Notes: generated by a model from the letters alone, not told the origin. DNA of 64,000 bases from Desulfobacterales bacterium (GCA_963674755.2 CAXXVS010000003.1:416001-480000), one strand, 5' to 3'; counted from the first letter of the stretch, positions 31,215-41,056 are shown. Numbers and translations: made by a program.

Positions 31215-31554
31215 TCGGGTCCGGCTGTTCTCATGGGGGAAACAGTGTCCTGGACTTAAAGGATAGACGGAGGATGTCATCCTGTGGCGGGTATTTTAGG
31301 GATAGGCAGGGAAAGTGCGATTGCCTTCTATGATGGCGCCGGCATCCGCGAGGCCTGCAGAGAGGTTTCGCAATGGGGTACATTGCCGGGCAAATAGGTG
31401 CTCAGAATTAAAGCGCGCAGGAAGGGCCGACGAACGGGTTTGGCCATCGGGTTGCAAGGCCAAGGACGAGTCGACCAGGGGGGGGGCAGCACCACTCCAT
31501 AAGGTTTACCAGTGCTCAGGGCGCCGGCAATACCTGGGGAGAAGGCCGCCGCGC

Positions 31555-32742
31555 CTACCAGATGCGGCACAGAAGCCCTTTCAGATAATGGCCTTCGGGG
31601 AAACTCAAAGACGTGGGATGATCGGCGGCCTGACCCATACGCCGGATAATCTGGGCGTCGCGTCCGGCATCCAGGGCGGCATCCGCCACGATTTTCTGGA
31701 AGAGACCGGGCTCCATCAGGCCGGAACAGGAAAAGGTGAATAGATAGCCGCCGGCGCGCAACAGCTTGATAGCCAGCAGATTGATATCCTTGTAGCCGCG
31801 GCTGGCGCGATCCAGCTGCTGGCGGGAATCGGCAAACTTGGGCGGATCGAGAACGACGACATCGAACTCCCGGGCGGCATCACGAAAAGAGCGCAATTGT
31901 TTAAAGACATCCGCTTGCAGATAGGTCACCTGCTCCGAGTCCAGGTTGTTGAGCGCCATGTTCTGCCGGGCGATATCCAGGACGGCGGCCGAGATGTCGA
32001 TATTCGTGAGGGTGCGGGCGCCGGCCGCCATGACCGCGACACCAAATCCGCCTGTGTAGCAAAAGCAATTGAGCACGTCCGCATTGGCCACATAGCGCCC
32101 CACCTGCCGCCGGTTGTCCCGTTGATCCAGGTAGAACCCGGTTTTATGGCCGTTGCGCACATCCACCAAATAGCGATGATCACCCTCCTGGATGGTGATG
32201 GTATCGGGCGGCGCCTTGCCCGCCAGGACACCCACCGTACGTTCCAGCCCCTCCTTGTCCAGGACCGGGCTGTCGGAGCGCTCGAAGATGCCTTCCGGGG
32301 CAACAAGTTCCTGCAGTTGCTCCGCAATGACCGCTTTCCAGGCATGCACGCCCGCTGTCAGAAACTGGCAGATGAGATACTGATCGTACTGATCGATGAT
32401 CAGTCCCGGCAACCCATCCGATTCGGCGTTTACCAGACGGCACGCGCTAAGGTTCAATTGCCGTTTCAATTCGTGGCGGCTGTTGATGGCGCGCGCGAGG
32501 CGATTCCTGAAAAAAAGCGCATCCACGGCTTCCGGTTCGTCAAAGGTCCATATCCGAACAGCTATTTGGGAGCGTGGGGAATAGGCGCCCCGGCCCAGCC
32601 AATTGCCCCGGGTGTTGACGAGATCGACCGTCTCGCCGGCGGAAGGATTGCCCTTTATTTTGGCCAGGGCACCGCTGAAGACCCAGGGATGTTTGCGGAT
32701 AAGGGATTTGTCACGTTTGGGTTTGACGATTGCAAAGGCCAT
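31555..32742 (-). CDS. rlmI: 23S rRNA m5C1962 methyltransferase
   Basis: HPWVFSGA PUA domain, ESDGLPGL, GHKTGFYLDQR, CYTGGF, LDPPKF, FSCS, YLKG. Confidence 0.92.
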   Translation of the reverse strand: MAFAIVKPKRDKSLIRKHPWVFSGALAKIKGNPSAGETVDLVNTRGNWLGRGAYSPRSQIAVRIWTFDEPEAVDALFFRNRLARAINSRHELKRQLNLSACRLVNAESDGLPGLIIDQYDQYLICQFLTAGVHAWKAVIAEQLQELVAPEGIFERSDSPVLDKEGLERTVGVLAGKAPPDTITIQEGDHRYLVDVRNGHKTGFYLDQRDNRRQVGRYVANADVLNCFCYTGGFGVAVMAAGARTLTNIDISAAVLDIARQNMALNNLDSEQVTYLQADVFKQLRSFRDAAREFDVVVLDPPKFADSRQQLDRASRGYKDINLLAIKLLRAGGYLFTFSCSGLMEPGLFQKIVADAALDAGRDAQIIRRMGQAADHPTSLSFPEGHYLKGLLCRIW

Positions 32743-32884
32743 CGCTGCAATAAATTCCTCTTAAAAAAGGTTTGGGATTTTCGATTGTTACGGCCGGCCT
32801 TTTCTTGCCAGGGCAGGCACCATTTGTCCATGGCTTTATGGCGGCGGCCCGGGTCAGGTGCGTTCACGGATTTGGCCAGGGTTT

Positions 32885-33511
32885 TTAAAGAACCTTGTAG
32901 ACCAGTACACGGGCCTGCATCCCTGGATCGGTATGGGGCCAGGAAGCATACACCGCAGACGCGGTAAGCGGCTGCCAACGACCCAGTTCTTCCAATCGCC
33001 GAATCTCCGCCAGAAAGGGCGTTTTGAAATTTCCGTCCCATTTGAGACTGAAAACAATCCATCCTCCGGGGCGAACGACACGTTCGAACGTCATTAGCGA
33101 CGCGGGCGGCACATGACCTGAAGAGAAAACGCCGGCCGCGACAAGTCCGTCAAAGGACCGATTGGGGAATCCCAGCGGGGTGCCCAACATCATCCGGCAC
33201 AATAGGCGATAGATGCCCTTTCGGGCCGCCTGGATCAGCATTCCATGGGAGGCGTCCATTCCCATTAAATGCCGAAAACCGCGCTGGTACAAGGCTTCAC
33301 CCAGCAGGCCGGTGCCGGACCCCACATCGAGCAAATGAGCGCCGTGGTCCGCGATATGGTGGCAGACGGCATCCGCAACATGCTCAGGCGTACGATAGCC
33401 CAAGCCGCGAACATCCCGGTCGTAGGTCGTCGCCCAGGCGTCATAGCCCTGGATGAGGGCATCGATGGAAGACCGTTCGCTAGGGCGCATCCGCATGGTC
33501 AAATCCGTCAT
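32885..33511 (-). CDS. Class I SAM-dependent methyltransferase
   Basis: YDAWATTYD, LDVGSGTG, GMDAS, RVVRPGG; start MTDLTM with AGGA RBS. Confidence 0.85.
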   Translation of the reverse strand: MTDLTMRMRPSERSSIDALIQGYDAWATTYDRDVRGLGYRTPEHVADAVCHHIADHGAHLLDVGSGTGLLGEALYQRGFRHLMGMDASHGMLIQAARKGIYRLLCRMMLGTPLGFPNRSFDGLVAAGVFSSGHVPPASLMTFERVVRPGGWIVFSLKWDGNFKTPFLAEIRRLEELGRWQPLTASAVYASWPHTDPGMQARVLVYKVL

Positions 33512-33676
33512 AAGTGGTCCTATTACGTCACCGTTTTTGCAAACAGGACCACTTGGGGCAATGGTATCGTGGCAGCAGCGCGGAGGTCTCAATGGGCCAT
33601 GAAACACATATCACCAGACGGGTCAGGATCAGCTCCGGTGGCAACGCAGGGGTATCATTGATAGTTGCCGTATACG

Positions 33677-33693
33677 AATGTTGCAGCAACATT
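33677..33693. promoter_or_regulatory. Perfect palindrome, candidate transcription factor site
   Basis: AATGTTGC-A-GCAACATT in an AT-rich divergent intergenic region. Confidence 0.5.
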
Positions 33694-33847
33694 GATTGAT
33701 GCTCACAATAGCATATACTATAACACACGATCGCTTTGTCGAGAAGTCGCTGGGGTATCGCCGACGCAAAGGCTGCGCCGTTTGGCCGTTCTAATTTCAC
33801 TTGACAGCCCCCTATCCCTGTGGCAGCAATGAGATGACCGTGCTCAC

Positions 33848-33951
33848 GCATTTGGGGCATTCCACCCATACCCTCTTCCAAACCGACACCTCCTATACGT
33901 TTGGCGTGATTGCCACCGACACCTCCCCTGGGGCTGGAAGTGCCTCGCATG
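33848..33951 (+). ncRNA. Candidate structured RNA with two CACCUCC-loop hairpins
   Basis: Repeat ACCGACACCTCC at 33882 and 33915; stem CCAAAC/GTTTGG; closing stem GGGGCATTCCA/TGGAAGTGCCTC; strand not certain. Confidence 0.4.
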
Positions 33952-34062
33952 GACGCGCTATCACACGCGCCGGTTCAACAATTCCACTTGTGCAAACGGT
34001 GTGTTCGGCCCAAGGCTTCCGTCATGCTTTAATCCATCCATTTCGGGGAAAGGAGGGGAACC

Positions 34063-34530
34063 ATGGATGCTCAGAGGATCCTGTTGCCGTATAGTTTTTC
34101 CCAAATCGATCAGAAAGCGCTGGCCTTTGTCATTCGAACGTTTGGCTCCCTGGAGGACACCGAGGTTACGCTGTTCCACGCCTTTACGCCCATATCCGAA
34201 ATTGAGGCCCCCGATCATCAGTCGGCGACAGCCAAACTGAAACGGCGTCTTTCCTACCTCACCCAGGAACTGACGGAGCGCGAAATGGCCCTTCAGGAGG
34301 TGTATCAACACTTGATCGACAAGGGGTTTCGCCGGGATCGGGTGCACTATGTATTCAAGTCCCGCAAAGGAGAAGTGGCGACGGCCATTATCGATCAGAC
34401 CAAAGCAGAAGCTTACGATGTCATCGTCTTGAGCCATAAACCCGGCAAGGTGACGCGCTTTTTTACCGGGAGCGTATTCACGAAGATTGTCACGGCGCTG
34501 AGGGACGTCACGGTGTGCGTCGTATCGTGA
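34063..34530 (+). CDS. Universal stress protein (Usp)
   Basis: RILLPY, VTLFH, YDVIVL, FFTGSVFTKIV...VCVV; RBS AAGGAGG. Confidence 0.88.
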   Translation: MDAQRILLPYSFSQIDQKALAFVIRTFGSLEDTEVTLFHAFTPISEIEAPDHQSATAKLKRRLSYLTQELTEREMALQEVYQHLIDKGFRRDRVHYVFKSRKGEVATAIIDQTKAEAYDVIVLSHKPGKVTRFFTGSVFTKIVTALRDVTVCVVS

Positions 34531-34592
34531 CGCAATCGGCGCCATTGTCGGTTGCGGCCGTCCGCCGCAAAGATCCACGGAGGAGGAATGCT

Positions 34593-35147
34593 ATGCAAAC
34601 CGAAGACCGCATCAACATCGATATCTTCAAGATCGTGACCCGCGCGATTGCCGAATCCAATAACCTGGAAATCATGGCCAAGCACCTGGTCCAGCTCATT
34701 ATCGGCGCCCTCGAGATCAAAGGCGCCACCATATTTGCGACCAACCCGGAAACCAAAGAACTCGAGGTGCTGGGAAGCTTCGGGCTCAGCATTCGTTACA
34801 TGAACAAGGGGCCGATTTATATCAGTCGCAGCATCAAGAGCGTCGAGAAACGCAAGGCCGTGGTGGTCCGGGATGTCAAAAATTCAGACCTGCTGCAGTA
34901 TTCGGCGGATGCCCTTCAGGAAGGCATCGGGGCCATCGTGTCCGTCCCGATCGAATTCAGCGGTCGGGTTATCGGTGTGCTGCGGCTTTATCACCACGAT
35001 ATATGGGATATTTCCGATCAGGATCTTGACTCCCTTTTCGTGCTGGCGGAAATCATCGGCCTGGCCATGATGTACGCCCGCATGAACAATGCGATCAGCG
35101 AAGTTAAAAACATTGTCGGGGATGTACACGAGGCCTGGCTGGAGTGA
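34593..35147 (+). CDS. Stand-alone GAF domain protein
   Basis: FGLSIRYMNKGP, EGIGAIVSVPI...VIGVLRLY; RBS GGAGG. Confidence 0.85.
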   Translation: MQTEDRINIDIFKIVTRAIAESNNLEIMAKHLVQLIIGALEIKGATIFATNPETKELEVLGSFGLSIRYMNKGPIYISRSIKSVEKRKAVVVRDVKNSDLLQYSADALQEGIGAIVSVPIEFSGRVIGVLRLYHHDIWDISDQDLDSLFVLAEIIGLAMMYARMNNAISEVKNIVGDVHEAWLE

Positions 35148-35269
35148 CGCCTTGAACTAGTACAACGATAAGGATCCGTAAATCCAAAGTTAATGCACAG
35201 CGAGTGCTAGCCGTTGAACCGGGCTCTCCCTGGCGGAAGGGAGGCCCGGTTTGCTATTCTCCGATAGGG

Positions 35270-35884
35270 TCATGCCTCCGGGGGTGCGATCCGTACGATC
35301 GCACGCCAATGCAGACCGCAAAAGAGGGCGATGGCCGCAAGCGCGCCCAGGCCATCGGCCAGCATGTCCTTTTGGGCATCCCAGACATCTCCCTGAGAAC
35401 CGAGTACCGCCGCACCGGCGCTGGGATCCGCGGAAACGGCATAAAGCCATTCGAAGATTTCGTAGGCCCCCGCCACGGCCAGAATGAAGCAGGCCGGGAA
35501 AAAGAACAGCACGAAGCGGGAGGCTACCAGCCGTTTGCGCAGCAAAAGTTCCGCCAGAGGATAGGCGTAAAAACCCACGGTGAAGTGGGCCATGCGATCA
35601 TAATGATTGCGGGAGAAGCCGAAGAGATCGGTAACCCAGTCAAAGGGCACCCGTTCGAACGTATAGTGACCGCCGATGGTGTGCAGAAAAACCAGAAAGG
35701 CCATCATCAGGTAGGCGGTGTTGGAGAATGCAAACCAGCGCCGGCTAATCACCAGGGCCACCACGATGAGTGCGATGGGGAGATTTTCGGCAAACCAGAC
35801 AGCGCGGTCATAGGGCTTGATGGCCAGCAGGGTAAACAGCACCAGGTAGGCGATCAGGAGGAGAGATGGAAAACGTCGGGTCAT
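35270..35884 (-). CDS. DUF2238 (YjdF-like) membrane protein
   Basis: GGHYTF, RNHYDRMAHF, YEIFEW, GSQGDVWDAQKDM. Confidence 0.88.
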   Translation of the reverse strand: MTRRFPSLLLIAYLVLFTLLAIKPYDRAVWFAENLPIALIVVALVISRRWFAFSNTAYLMMAFLVFLHTIGGHYTFERVPFDWVTDLFGFSRNHYDRMAHFTVGFYAYPLAELLLRKRLVASRFVLFFFPACFILAVAGAYEIFEWLYAVSADPSAGAAVLGSQGDVWDAQKDMLADGLGALAAIALFCGLHWRAIVRIAPPEA

Positions 35885-35924
35885 GGATGCGTGTCCTTAT
35901 GGGTTCCGGTATGGGAACAGAGAT

Positions 35925-36725
35925 TCAACCGGTTTTCGCGGTTTCGGACAAAAAGGAATTGATGGCGTTCCAGTAGCCATCGTCCATCTGAAGGTCGTTG
36001 TGCCCCAGGCCTTCGATCATCACGGTCTGGACCGGGCCGCCCCAACGTTGTGCGAGCGCGACAGAAAGCGAATTGGGAACGATATTGTCCTGACGGCCCA
36101 TGAGGACCAGGGCCGGCATCCTAACTTCCGGCGCCAGGGCGGCGGAATCGAAAGGGTGTCGCAGGAGAAGCCTCACCGGCAGGAAGGGATAATGGTGGCG
36201 GGCCACATTGACCAGACTGTCAAAGGGAGTGATGAGAATAACCCCCCGCACCGGGCGGTGGGCCGCCACATAAACCGCCACACCTGATCCCAGGCTGCGG
36301 CCCATGAGCACAACGTGGTCGAGAGGGATTTTTTCCCGGGCGACCAGCGCGTCCAGGATATAGAGCGCATCCCGGCAGAGGGCTTTCTGGGAGGGTCTGC
36401 CTGTGCTGTCCCCGTAACCACGGTAGTTCATGAAGAGATAGGCGCCGCCCGCCAGGCGCGCCAGGTCTCCCAGGTTGCCGGATACTTCTTCGGCGTTGCC
36501 CCCGTAGTACACCACCAGCGGACGTGTGCGAGACACCTGGCCCGGAACGTACCAGCCTTGCAGCCGCTTGCCCTCGTGTTCAATTGTATAGCGATCGTCA
36601 GCAAACGGCTCCCGGTTAGAATCAGGGACTGCCTGGGGGAAGAAAATCATCGCATCTTGCAGGAAATACACCAGCAAAACGCCGAGGATAAGAACAGGCA
36701 CCAGGATTTTCATGGTTGCAAGCAT
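35925..36725 (-). CDS. Alpha/beta hydrolase (ABHD-like)
   Basis: YYGGNAE, YRGYG, GRSLGSG nucleophile, GHNDL. Confidence 0.9.
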   Translation of the reverse strand: MLATMKILVPVLILGVLLVYFLQDAMIFFPQAVPDSNREPFADDRYTIEHEGKRLQGWYVPGQVSRTRPLVVYYGGNAEEVSGNLGDLARLAGGAYLFMNYRGYGDSTGRPSQKALCRDALYILDALVAREKIPLDHVVLMGRSLGSGVAVYVAAHRPVRGVILITPFDSLVNVARHHYPFLPVRLLLRHPFDSAALAPEVRMPALVLMGRQDNIVPNSLSVALAQRWGGPVQTVMIEGLGHNDLQMDDGYWNAINSFLSETAKTG

Positions 36726-36811
36726 GGTGGTTGCTCCGATCGCCTGTAATGGGTATCGGACAGGGTTTGGGAATCCCACCGGTTTCCCCCTCATCCGTCG
36801 AGGGTCACGCG

Positions 36812-37486
36812 TCAGTGCGTGGCATGCAGTATAAGTTTGGCATCTAAAATCATCCAGCTGTGATTCGTCCAGACAATGGGATTCAGATCAAGTTGATCAA
36901 AGCACGGCCCCAGGGCCGCCACCAGGCGGCTTACGAGGACCAACAGCCGAGCCATGGCCGGGGCGTCCAAAGGCAGCCGGCGAAAGCCCTCGAATATGGG
37001 GTAGATTTTTAGTTCTGCCAGCATCCGCCGGGCTTCGGCTTCCTCCAAGGGCGCCAGGCGAAAAGCCACATCCTGGACGAGTTCGGTCAGAAGACCCCCG
37101 GCCCCCACCATGACGGCCGGCCCGAAAGCGGGGTCCATCAAACCTCCGGCAATCATTTCGGGCCCTTCGAAGACGACCATCTGTTCCACCAGGATAGACG
37201 CCTGGGGAAAAGCATGGGATAGGGCACCAATGGCCGCCGCCAGATTCCCCGGTTCCAGATGGAGGTAAACGCCCTGGCGATCTGTTTTATGCAGAATGTC
37301 AGGTGTGCAGACTTTGGCGACATAGGGACCGGGAAAGTCCGGTACGACCCCGCCGGCGCCGGGCGACAGCCGGATGCCGCGGGGGACCGGCAGCCCCATT
37401 CGGGCAAGCAGGGCTTTCACTTCGTATTCATCGGGACGGTCGGCGATCTGCAGGTCGGAACGCCATTGTTCCAGGAGGGATTTCAT
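36812..37486 (-). CDS. ADP-forming acyl-CoA synthetase, ATP-grasp (beta) subunit
   Basis: ILHKTD, VEQMV, DPAFGPAVMVGAGG, LDLNP, LDA. Confidence 0.88.
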   Translation of the reverse strand: MKSLLEQWRSDLQIADRPDEYEVKALLARMGLPVPRGIRLSPGAGGVVPDFPGPYVAKVCTPDILHKTDRQGVYLHLEPGNLAAAIGALSHAFPQASILVEQMVVFEGPEMIAGGLMDPAFGPAVMVGAGGLLTELVQDVAFRLAPLEEAEARRMLAELKIYPIFEGFRRLPLDAPAMARLLVLVSRLVAALGPCFDQLDLNPIVWTNHSWMILDAKLILHATH

Positions 37487-38892
37487 GCATGTCCCTCCAG
37501 CGCGGTCAGGATGCAGGCTCTTTCCACCAGAAAGCGCGCGGCCCGAACGGCGCGGCTGATGGAAGGAAACCCCACCACGCCGGCATCGTGAAAGCGGCGC
37601 AGGTAGAGGTTGGTAAACGGTCCGTATTGGGTGACGGTGATTACCGGCTTGGGACTGCGGCGGGCCTGGTCGGCGATTTCCTTAATCAGGTTGTCCGAAA
37701 TGGCCGGTGGGGCAAAAAAGGCCGTACAAATTACCATGTCTACGCCGTCGTCTTCCAAAAGCGCGTCAAGACTGCGCCCGAACATACCGTCGTCGGCACT
37801 GGCCGTGAGGTCCACAGGATTGTCACAGGCGGCGAAGGGAAACGACGCTTCCCGGATGAGGCCCACGGTGCGGGGGGCCAGCTGCGCCATGGCCAGTTTA
37901 ATGCCGCGCTGGTCGGCCTCGATGTAATCGGCGCACATGACGCCGAAACCGCCGGCGGGCGTCAGAACAGCAATGCGCCGACCCGGTGCCGGGGGGAGCA
38001 TGGCCAGGCATTTGGAGGCATCGCAGAGCTCCTCGTCGTCGACGACCCGCTGGATGCCGTACTGTCGAAAGGCGCCGCTGACAACGGCATCCATGCCGGC
38101 CAAACGGCCGGTGTGACTGGCCACTGCCCGGGCACCGGCCGGGGTGCGTCCGGCCTTCAATACGATGACCGGCTTGTGGGGCGCCACCCGCCGGGCGCTT
38201 TCCAGGAAATGACGGCCATGGGCGAAATTTTCTATATAGAAGGCCAGACAGGTTGTTTCCGGATCACGGCTGAAGTAGTCGAGGAAGTCGAGTTCGTCCA
38301 AATCGCATTTGTTGCCCAATCCGACAAAAGCCCGCATGCCGTAACCGGCGTTGCTGGCCAGGCCCAGAGCCTCGACGCCCACCGACCCGCTCTGGGTGAT
38401 GAAAGCTACGCCGCCACCGCGCCCCAGGGATTTGTCGCCATGTTCCACGAAAATGGTGTCCAGCCGTTCGGCAGGGACAAATACGCCCAGGGAATTGGGG
38501 CCCAGGATCCGGCTGCCGAACTGTTGGGGGATGCTTTGCAGTCGTTGTTCAAGCTGAAGGCCCTGGTCGCCGGTTTCACCGAAACCGCCGGCCACGACGA
38601 TCAGAAAGGGGATCCCCTTGATCGCACAGGCCTCGGCCGTGGAAACGGCGGCGGCGGCCCCGGTGGCGACCACCGCCACGTCGATGCCGTCCGGCAGGGC
38701 GGCCACATTCGGGTAGGCCCTGTAGCCCAGGATGTCCTGCTCCCTCGGATGGACCGGATAGAGCTTGCGCAGGGAAGGCACCAACCGTTCGAAAATGATC
38801 CGCCCGATATTGCCTTCCTTCTTGCTGACGCCGATGACAGCAATGGCCTTTGGGTTGAAAAGGCGGTCCAGATCAAATCGTTTGGCGGTCAT
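37483..38892 (-). CDS. ADP-forming acyl-CoA synthetase, CoA-binding (alpha) subunit
   Basis: PKAIAVIGVS, GGFGE, LGPNSLG, TQSG, GNKCD, SHTG (phospho-His), NPVD. Confidence 0.9.
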   Translation of the reverse strand: MTAKRFDLDRLFNPKAIAVIGVSKKEGNIGRIIFERLVPSLRKLYPVHPREQDILGYRAYPNVAALPDGIDVAVVATGAAAAVSTAEACAIKGIPFLIVVAGGFGETGDQGLQLEQRLQSIPQQFGSRILGPNSLGVFVPAERLDTIFVEHGDKSLGRGGGVAFITQSGSVGVEALGLASNAGYGMRAFVGLGNKCDLDELDFLDYFSRDPETTCLAFYIENFAHGRHFLESARRVAPHKPVIVLKAGRTPAGARAVASHTGRLAGMDAVVSGAFRQYGIQRVVDDEELCDASKCLAMLPPAPGRRIAVLTPAGGFGVMCADYIEADQRGIKLAMAQLAPRTVGLIREASFPFAACDNPVDLTASADDGMFGRSLDALLEDDGVDMVICTAFFAPPAISDNLIKEIADQARRSPKPVITVTQYGPFTNLYLRRFHDAGVVGFPSISRAVRAARFLVERACILTALEGHA

Positions 38893-38969
38893 CGGAATGC
38901 GTTTCCTTGTCGGCAGCCGCTTGCCCTATCTAGTGTCGGATCTCCGGCAGGGGCGGATGGTCGTCTATG

Positions 38970-39404
38970 TCATTTCCGATAGGAATGGTCCAGAACCGCC
39001 ATGGTAAGGCGCGATATGCAGACCAGGCGCTCCTGATCGTCCCGGACGTTGATTTCCCAGATCTGGGTGGAATGACCGATATGCAGCGGTCGCACGGTTC
39101 CGGTGACGTAGCCTTCGCGTACCGCGCGCACATGATTGGCGTTGATTTCCAGGCCCACCGCCATTTTTTGCGCGGGGTCGATGCAAAGGTAAGCGGCGAC
39201 GCTGCCGAGGGTTTCCGCCAGAACGACGGAGGCGCCGCCGTGCAGGATGCGCGCCGGCTGGACAGTTCGGCTGTCGACCGGCATGCGGGCCTTGATATAG
39301 TCATCACCGATTTCGGTATACTCAATGCCGATGTGTTCGACGAGGGTGTCGGCGGATCGGGCATTAAGATCTGCGACGGTTGGAGGGGAGAACCATATTG
39401 CCAT
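38970..39404 (-). CDS. Hotdog-fold thioesterase (MenI/EntH-like)
   Basis: QPARILHGGASVVLAETLGS, VGLEINANH. Confidence 0.9.
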   Translation of the reverse strand: MAIWFSPPTVADLNARSADTLVEHIGIEYTEIGDDYIKARMPVDSRTVQPARILHGGASVVLAETLGSVAAYLCIDPAQKMAVGLEINANHVRAVREGYVTGTVRPLHIGHSTQIWEINVRDDQERLVCISRLTMAVLDHSYRK

Positions 39405-39525
39405 TCCATGTCCTTTTTGGCATTCGTTTGGAGGAAGCTTCCCTATAGCTGGACGTCTTTTTCTTCCTGGACCCTGCCGCGGCCGGTCACACCCGCCGGG
39501 CCGCAGTGCCAACTGCGTCGGCTCT

Positions 39526-40740
39526 TTACTCGATCCACTTGATTTCACGCGCCGTCTGTTTCCCAATGACGGTATATTGCAGGTTGGGCGGCATTTGGGA
39601 CTGGTCTTTGGAGAGCGGAATCCGGCTGCCCATGATTTCCGCAAAGGGCTGGGGATAGAGCGGTTTGCGATCGGGATCGGCATAGCCGTCCGGGAAAATC
39701 GGCTGCTGAGTGGCCATGTCGTATTTGTCCCGGGCACCCACCGTGTGAAGGATCTCGTGGGCAATGACCACCTGGTTTTTAGGTTCCAGCCGATAGTCGG
39801 CATAGGCGTGAACCACGCCGAAGAGCCCTTTGCGCAATCCCAGGGAGTTTTCCAGCGGGTTCGGGCGGCGGGCGTCGTGGTAGATGGTGAAGATTTTGAT
39901 GTCCGGCGAAGGGCCGGCCGTGAAGGTATCATGCCGATAAACCCAGAAGCGCATCTTGAGACTCCACCAGATCACCGCCAGCGGATTGTGTCCCGAGGGC
40001 GGAGACGGCGGCAATTCGGTGACCACCGGTGCCAGACGTATCGTAAAGGGCTCGGCCAGGGGCAGTCCGTGGGCTTCGGCTTCCTCATTGAAAAAATCGA
40101 CGATGGGCCGGAAGCTTTCTTCATTCAGGGTGTTGATATAATCGGCCACGTGCGTTTGGTCATCGCCGTTGATGGGATAGATGCCCACCCAAAGGGTTTC
40201 ATCCCAGTCGGTGGTCCAGCGTCCGGTCATGACGGTATTCATGCCGACGATGAACAAAACCAGCAGCAGAAGACCGATGCGGGCTTTTTTCCAGAGATTC
40301 CGGGAGGACCCCGAAGCATCTTCCGCCGACGATACCGGCACCGTTACCCTGGCGATGGGCGCGGGCCGGGAGGTGGTTTCCTCGGGTTTGATCAGAAACT
40401 CGCCGCATTTCAGGCAGGTGGTCGAACGGCTCTGGGAATAGCCGCAGTTGGGGCAGACGACCATGGTGGCATCGCGGGCGGCGGCGGCCTGCGATGGTGG
40501 GGTGTCAGGGGATTCCTCCACGGGCACGAGTTCAAAAATGACGCCGCACCCGGCGGCCGCCTTGCGATACTTCTCCGCGGTCACCCCATCCAGATTGTTT
40601 TTTATGGTGACAGCTTGGCCGGAGAACAGCTTGTCCACGGCGGCGGGAGTGAGTTTGAAAATTTGGGCCAGCTTTTGTTTGGCCTCATCGATGTCGTACT
40701 CGGGCGAGAATTCTCCGTTAAAGACTACATCATACCGCAT
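39526..40740 (-). CDS. Membrane protein with Zn-ribbon and extracytoplasmic HExxH domain
   Basis: CPNC-x9-CLKC, one TM helix, AHEILHTVGARDKY. Confidence 0.75.
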   Translation of the reverse strand: MRYDVVFNGEFSPEYDIDEAKQKLAQIFKLTPAAVDKLFSGQAVTIKNNLDGVTAEKYRKAAAGCGVIFELVPVEESPDTPPSQAAAARDATMVVCPNCGYSQSRSTTCLKCGEFLIKPEETTSRPAPIARVTVPVSSAEDASGSSRNLWKKARIGLLLLVLFIVGMNTVMTGRWTTDWDETLWVGIYPINGDDQTHVADYINTLNEESFRPIVDFFNEEAEAHGLPLAEPFTIRLAPVVTELPPSPPSGHNPLAVIWWSLKMRFWVYRHDTFTAGPSPDIKIFTIYHDARRPNPLENSLGLRKGLFGVVHAYADYRLEPKNQVVIAHEILHTVGARDKYDMATQQPIFPDGYADPDRKPLYPQPFAEIMGSRIPLSKDQSQMPPNLQYTVIGKQTAREIKWIE

Positions 40741-40825
40741 GGTCTACTTTTCCCCGTGGCGCGCAAGATAGTTTCCGGTCTTCCCGGGTTATGACTCAGG
40801 CCATCGGGCCATGGTTGCCACCACC

Positions 40826-40853
40826 TTATCGGCCTATTGTAACGTCAGCTTGA
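40826..40853 (-). promoter_or_regulatory. Candidate sigma28 (FliA) promoter
   Basis: Minus strand TCAAG-15 nt-GCCGATAA, 85 nt upstream of the 40740 start. Confidence 0.6.
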
Positions 40854-41056
40854 ACCCAGGCCAAGGAACCGGGAGGTGCTCCATTCCCCTGCTCCCGACC
40901 AGGTGGGTTTCCGGCAGTTGTCCGAAGCAACTGCTATTGTTAATTAATTTAGAAACATACCAGATGAAGACCGGCTAGGCAAGTCACGGTTGGTTCGGTT
41001 GGGATTCGGGGGTATTCCTAAGGCGGCATGATGCAAAAACTTCCTTTGTGGCAGAA

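Noticed and set aside
31215..31554. 340-nt spacer with a G9 tract (31478-31486), possible phase-variable small gene
   Set aside because: Lies between convergent genes; no credible ORF, RBS or motif on either strand
33882..33926. Direct repeat as a mini-CRISPR
   Set aside because: Only two 12-nt copies with a 21-nt spacer and no cas genes
38970..39932. 320-aa ORF suggesting an extended thioesterase
   Set aside because: The N-terminal 176 codons overlap the real upstream gene in another frame; true start is MAIW at 39404 with an AAGGA RBS
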